From Thelocarpon superellum (Eukaryota): a stretch of DNA of 42,117 nt. A model generated the notes under the pieces. That model was not told the origin of the DNA. It was given only the letters and a program-made list of their open reading frames with translations, and did not search any database. The position numbers and the translations under genes are program-made. Below, in pieces: positions 37,419 through 42,117 of the stretch. How positions within the stretch are numbered: the first letter of the stretch is position 1; each line of letters opens with the position of its first letter. The stretch is from assembly GCA_026025795.1 (NCBI GenBank), contig JAPEUG010000115.1, forward strand, positions 1 to 42,117, in the 5' to 3' direction.

Positions 37419-38078
37419 ATGCTGTCCGGATTGATGTTCGCCTTCTGGCGCTGGCTCGAAATCATCACGTACGTGCCCCTCCATGGCTAATGTGGGGCGC
37501 AATGGCTGACGCACATCAGGCTCATTCCCACCGTGGGCATCCTGGCCTATTTCGTGAATGGCTTCGTGTCGAACTATGTGCTCACGCCCAACTTCATCTT
37601 GGTCCTGTTCGTCACCTCGGTCTTGGCGGTGGTGTGGGCCATCATGACGCTGCTTGCCTACCACCGCGCCAAGCATTCCGCCATCTTCGTCGCCTTGGTC
37701 GACCTTGGCTTCGTGGGATGCTTTGTCGCTGGCGTGGTGTTGTTGCGTGGCATCGCACCCGCCAACTGCGCCTACTTCACGGACCAGAGCTACTACAACA
37801 ACAGCTTCTTCAACTCTCTCGGGCCCTTTGGTGGTTTCGGTGCATCCTACGGCTTCGGATTCCCCGACTACAACAAGACGTGTGGACTGCTCAAGGCTGC
37901 ATTTGCCTTTGGCATCATGAACTGCGTCTTCTTCTTCATCACCGCCATCCTGGCCCTGTCCTTGCACCGCAGGAACGTCGACACCGTCAAGGAGACGCAC
38001 GTCACCCGAACCCGTCGCAGCGGCAGCCACCACAGCCGAAGCAGCCGCAACAGCCGGCGACGACAGTACTATGTCTGA
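37419..38078 (+). CDS. MARVEL-like four-transmembrane protein with basic R/S-rich tail
   Basis: MLSGLMFAFWRWLEII, intron 37469-37519 (GTACGT..CTGAC..CAG), four hydrophobic segments, C..C.LLKAAFAFGIMN motif of fungal MARVEL proteins. Confidence 0.85.
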
Positions 38079-38614
38079 GCGAGTCGTATCGACAAGGCGG
38101 ACATGGTGCAGTAGCCGGGACGCCGAAGGACCAAACGGAGACCAGGTTACCTATTCCAGCACCCGGAGCAAGTTGAACATAGGCCAAGATGCGGGGAGTG
38201 GATCTCAGGGAGAATCCGAGTGGAGTCGCAAGCACGGAGTGGATCTAAGGCAGCGTTTTATACCACTTACTGTCTTGACCTTCCATTTACCTACTTACGA
38301 GGTGGCATACAAGCCTGGCGTCGCCACGAATCTCATCTACACTTAATCGAAATGGAAATCTTGGTTCAGAAGAAACTCAAGGGCGCTGCATCTAGGGTTC
38401 GTCTCGATGCTCTCTCCGCGCAATTAGGCCGTAGCGTCCGAGAACAGGAGGCGAAAGGATGAGCACACGTCATAAAAAGCCGCAGCCCCAACAATAACAA
38501 AACAAAGCCCCGCTTCCTCGATGCACATGACTGTTTCAGGTGACGATGGACACCCGCATATATCGGAATGTGAAAGGAAGGACGAAGAGGCCAGTGATCA
38601 TGTTGGTGAGATTC

Positions 38615-39142
38615 TCACTCCTGCAGTATCACGGCTGGCCGTAAGCCCCACACCAGAATATCACCTGTAGGTGCTACGAAGTGCATGTTGCACGTCGCTT
38701 GTCCGCGTAATTCTCGCCTGTCACACACGAATGAGCGCAGAAGCAGGTAAGCCGCAGGAACATCTACGATATGGGAACATCCATTGGCCGTTTGATGCAC
38801 GTGTACGCGATCGTATGGTCTCGATTGAGTAGTATAGTAGGATTGAATAATGCGGCCCGATTTGAGCTTGGTACGTATGGTGTTCGTCACTACCGTCTCT
38901 GAACCATCCTGTTCATACAACAAGTCCCGTCCAAGCTGCTTGCGCAGTAATAACCTTCTCCACGCTCGGCCCATTTTCACGCGCACAATCAGCTTCAGGA
39001 GCACTGGACGCATCTCGTCTTGTCACCAGGAATCAGAATGGTACGTTTCTTGACATACGTCGTCTCTACATTCCATCTCGCCATAGAGCGCAGTAACGCC
39101 CACAGCGGTGGCCGCCAGGATTCGGAGATGTTTGAGATTCAT
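38615..39142 (-). CDS. Putative small secreted protein (~125 aa, 4 Cys)
   Basis: Exon 1 39142-39059 MNLKHLRILAATAVGVTALYGEMECRDD, followed by donor GTATGT. CAG acceptor at 38909 is in frame with ORF 38615..39013. Branch point weak. Confidence 0.4.
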
Positions 39143-41969
39143 GGTATTTGAAGGGCAAAAGTAGGCGCTTTGGGATGAAACCAGTGTTGCGATGAGCTTT
39201 CGAGCGAGGTGTCGTCACGGCACGGAATGGAGAAGTAGCGGGATCCTTACATGTAGCCAGGCTGAGGGTGACGAGCCAGTGGCTTCCAGCATGAAGGAGT
39301 GGGACACAGGCTGCTTGCGTTTATCCTTGCGCATGGATGTGCCCAGGAGCAGCAATGAACAGTTCAGTGTCGTGGGGCAATGAGTTAAATGCCTCGACGC
39401 AAATACACCGATGTATAGGATGGCCATTGATTCATCGACTTCCCCTTCCTCGCACTAGGACATAGTAATGCATCAACTAACGTTCCACCGGCGCGAACAC
39501 GGGGTCCAATGCATCCATGCACGGATCCCCGTGGCATCTTCATTCCCAAATGTACTTGGATATTATGATGCGCAACTTGTCGGATGCATCTGAGGCTTTG
39601 GATGGACGTCTGACATTAGTAGAGCACTTGCCAGATCGAAGCTATGCTAGACCAGGCGACCGTCGGAAGCCTCGTGCCCTGGATACGCCCCAACCGGTCG
39701 CGGGAAGTGTCTAGCGATTCGGCCGGCTTCTTTGGAGACACTCCGCGCCGTAACGTATTTCACAGATTGAAGAGCTGCAACGACAATAGAGCGTCAATGA
39801 CGGGAGGCTGCCTGGCGTTGCGTATGCTTCTACGGCGCGCCTTCTCTTGCCGATGATCGCCCAAGTTGGCCCCTCTAATTGCCAGAGACGCAGCAATGCC
39901 AGAGGTACCCCGGACCGTCCCTTGTGGTAGCGATACACAATCCTGTTCATTGGAAAGGTGGGCTTGGTAACGACGGATGGGTATCAGAGTACCAGACACG
40001 GAAGGCAAGGAGACTTCAATCTAATGAACCCGGTAGCTTCATGCCCGACTGGGCCATCGAGCAGTAGATGGTGTCCATGTCTTCACTAATTCCTCCCAGC
40101 GATGCAGCTATCTGCAGGAGCGGAAAGCTTGGCAGCTGACGCCGGCTCATCGATGTCGCCGATCTTCGAACTCGTCCGTCTCGGACGGATGGGCGGCAGC
40201 AAGTCGCGAAAGGTCGGAGTCGTTTGGTTCCAACGGCCGCCGTGCTGGGACAGGATACACTACTGGTACGCGCACTTTCGCATGGACGGGCGTCTTGGGT
40301 TATGCAGAGGTACGAATTGGCATTCTTCGCCCGCCCGATCGTAAGAATTGAAGTACAAATGGACAGCATCGACCCTGTTGACGCTTGCGTCGCTACGGAG
40401 GCTTTCCCGCTTCCGACGCACGCTCAGGGTCTTTGCAGCCGGTAGATGTGAAACGCATCGTCGCTTTCACTAGACGTGTGCGATGTACTTCGTACATACT
40501 GGGCAGTATCCTTGTCCGTCAGGGATATCCCGCCGCGTCGAGCATGTCGGTGGTCTAGATCAAGCAGGGCAGGCACAGCGTCATTGCCTTTGCAACGCTG
40601 AGGTGAGCATTGCGGGTCATTTCTACCCTCGCACCGCCAGATCAGGGTGACACAGAATCTTTCGGCGCCCACGAGTCCATACGCCTACGATTTCACGTTC
40701 CAGCATACCCGGATTTCACCCCATGTCGTCCCGACTAGAAGACGGGGGCTTCCGACGGAGGATGGCACAGACTCCCACACCTCCACTCGCGGCCAAGCTT
40801 CCAATTCAACCACCGAAACATTACCTCGCTCGATGGACGAGCTGGCCGGCAGCGATGAGGCTGGTCCACGCGGCCGCGATGGCCCCTTCATTGGCGGTAA
40901 CATGCGGGGAGGCACGTCGTTCCGACGTCGACTTTTCCCGAATGACGTACTATAGCAGCGCTCATTATCGCACCCTCCGCTCTCCGCTCTCCATCAACAC
41001 GGCACTCGTACCAGCGGCTCGGCGGCCGGAGGCTGCTTGGTGCATAGGCCGTGGTGCATGGGCCGTGCGACGCACTCGAGCACCGTGGCCCCGAACCGAC
41101 GGGCAGAGTTCAGGACCTACATTTGGACATCAGCCGAGGAGGTGGGGAGGCTGCTACGACCAGGTTTGTCGTAGCGCTTGCTAGCCTTCCCGTGTGCGGG
41201 ACGAAGTCGCTGAAGCCTGTCACCTAGAACGTCGAACAAGCGTCGAAGGGTCCCTCCCCCCCTCCAGTCAGGACGACGCTATCGACGTGGCGCGCGAGGC
41301 CAAGCATTCGGGAGCTGGCAAAAATAAAGTGTGCCGCTGCAAATCGCTCGGCGCGGTCTCGTCACGGTCGCCCTCGACCAGGATGAGACTTGGCCAGCAC
41401 AGCGGCGCAATGGACCAGTTGGGAGTCCGTCGACGCCTCGCCGTCTCGAATTGCCTCCACCGACGCAGATCTGCCGTCCAGGGCGCCCCTTCGAGCGTAG
41501 AAGGGCGGTCGGACTCGGGGTGGGAAAGGGGGGATGGTTCAGCAGCGACCGTGCCGAAGACCGGCGCGTGTCCGACCACGTTCTCGAATTCCCCGAACGC
41601 CCCAAGGGCCACGGCTACTCCACAACGACAAGCGTGCCTCGTCGCCCACACCCGCGCCTACACCTTCCTCCGTCCCGGCCGCCGCCTTGTCTTGGCGGGG
41701 GGAGCGGGGCCAGACCCACATGGCGGTGTCGGTCGTTCCCAGAGGCCCAGCCACAGCGGCCGAAAGCGCCCCTCGCGGAGGGCTCACGGCCACGGGTCGC
41801 GGCTCACAGTAGCGTTCGGATGACCATCCTCAAAGGGAGGGGCACCAGCGCAAGCGACACCGGCGGTGGAGCAGGTCGCTGAGAGGTGTGCCCGGAATGC
41901 GATGGAGGCCGGCGAATACTCGTAGGGTAGAAGCCGGCGAGGCCAGGCACGGGAGAATCGCAGCCAGGG

Positions 41970-42014
41970 CCAAGAGTCCCAAGCAACCTAAGAGACCCAA
42001 GAGCCCCAACAGCC
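41970..42014. repeat. Degenerate 9-mer CCAAGAGNC x5
   Basis: ccaagagtc ccaagcaac ctaagagac ccaagagcc ccaacagcc. Confidence 0.75.
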
Positions 42015-42117
42015 ACGCAGATCTGTCGTGCATTGACTTCGCGCTTAACCCTGGACGGGCTGCCCACTGTACCCAGGTCCGCTAGGGAAGGGTTGACCGA
42101 CGACGACTCGAGCAGTA

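Noticed and set aside
37119..38033. 304-aa antisense ORF opposite the MARVEL gene
   Set aside because: Shadow ORF produced by GC3 bias of the sense gene; no motif.
42045..42052. TTAACCCT as a telomerase template or telomere seed
   Set aside because: Only about one repeat unit, no alignment region, no tandem array.

Overview
Eukaryotic, GC-rich, gene-dense genomic DNA from a filamentous ascomycete (Pezizomycotina-type proteins, short ~45-80 nt spliceosomal introns with CTRAC/CTRAY branch points). I reconstructed 14 well-supported protein genes by hand: MCPH1-like BRCT protein, class II DAHP synthase, HYPK-like, Ppc89/Cep57-like SPB protein, TFB3/MAT1, BUD27/URI, IKS1 kinase, RIC8, RIF1, glucose-6-phosphate 1-epimerase, JIP5, DPH2, a secreted amidase and a MARVEL-like membrane protein. 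There is also one tRNA-Glu(CTC). Family assignments come from recognised motifs, not database searches. I found no transposon, CRISPR array or biosynthetic cluster, and no clear novel multi-gene system; this is mostly a housekeeping region. The items most worth a second look are: a microcephalin-type BRCT in a C-terminal position, a GC-AG intron and a GAG acceptor, two unannotated spliced small genes (one possibly secreted), a loose TPP-riboswitch-like signature in a putative 5'UTR intron, and recurrent sense-strand G-tracts just after stop codons.
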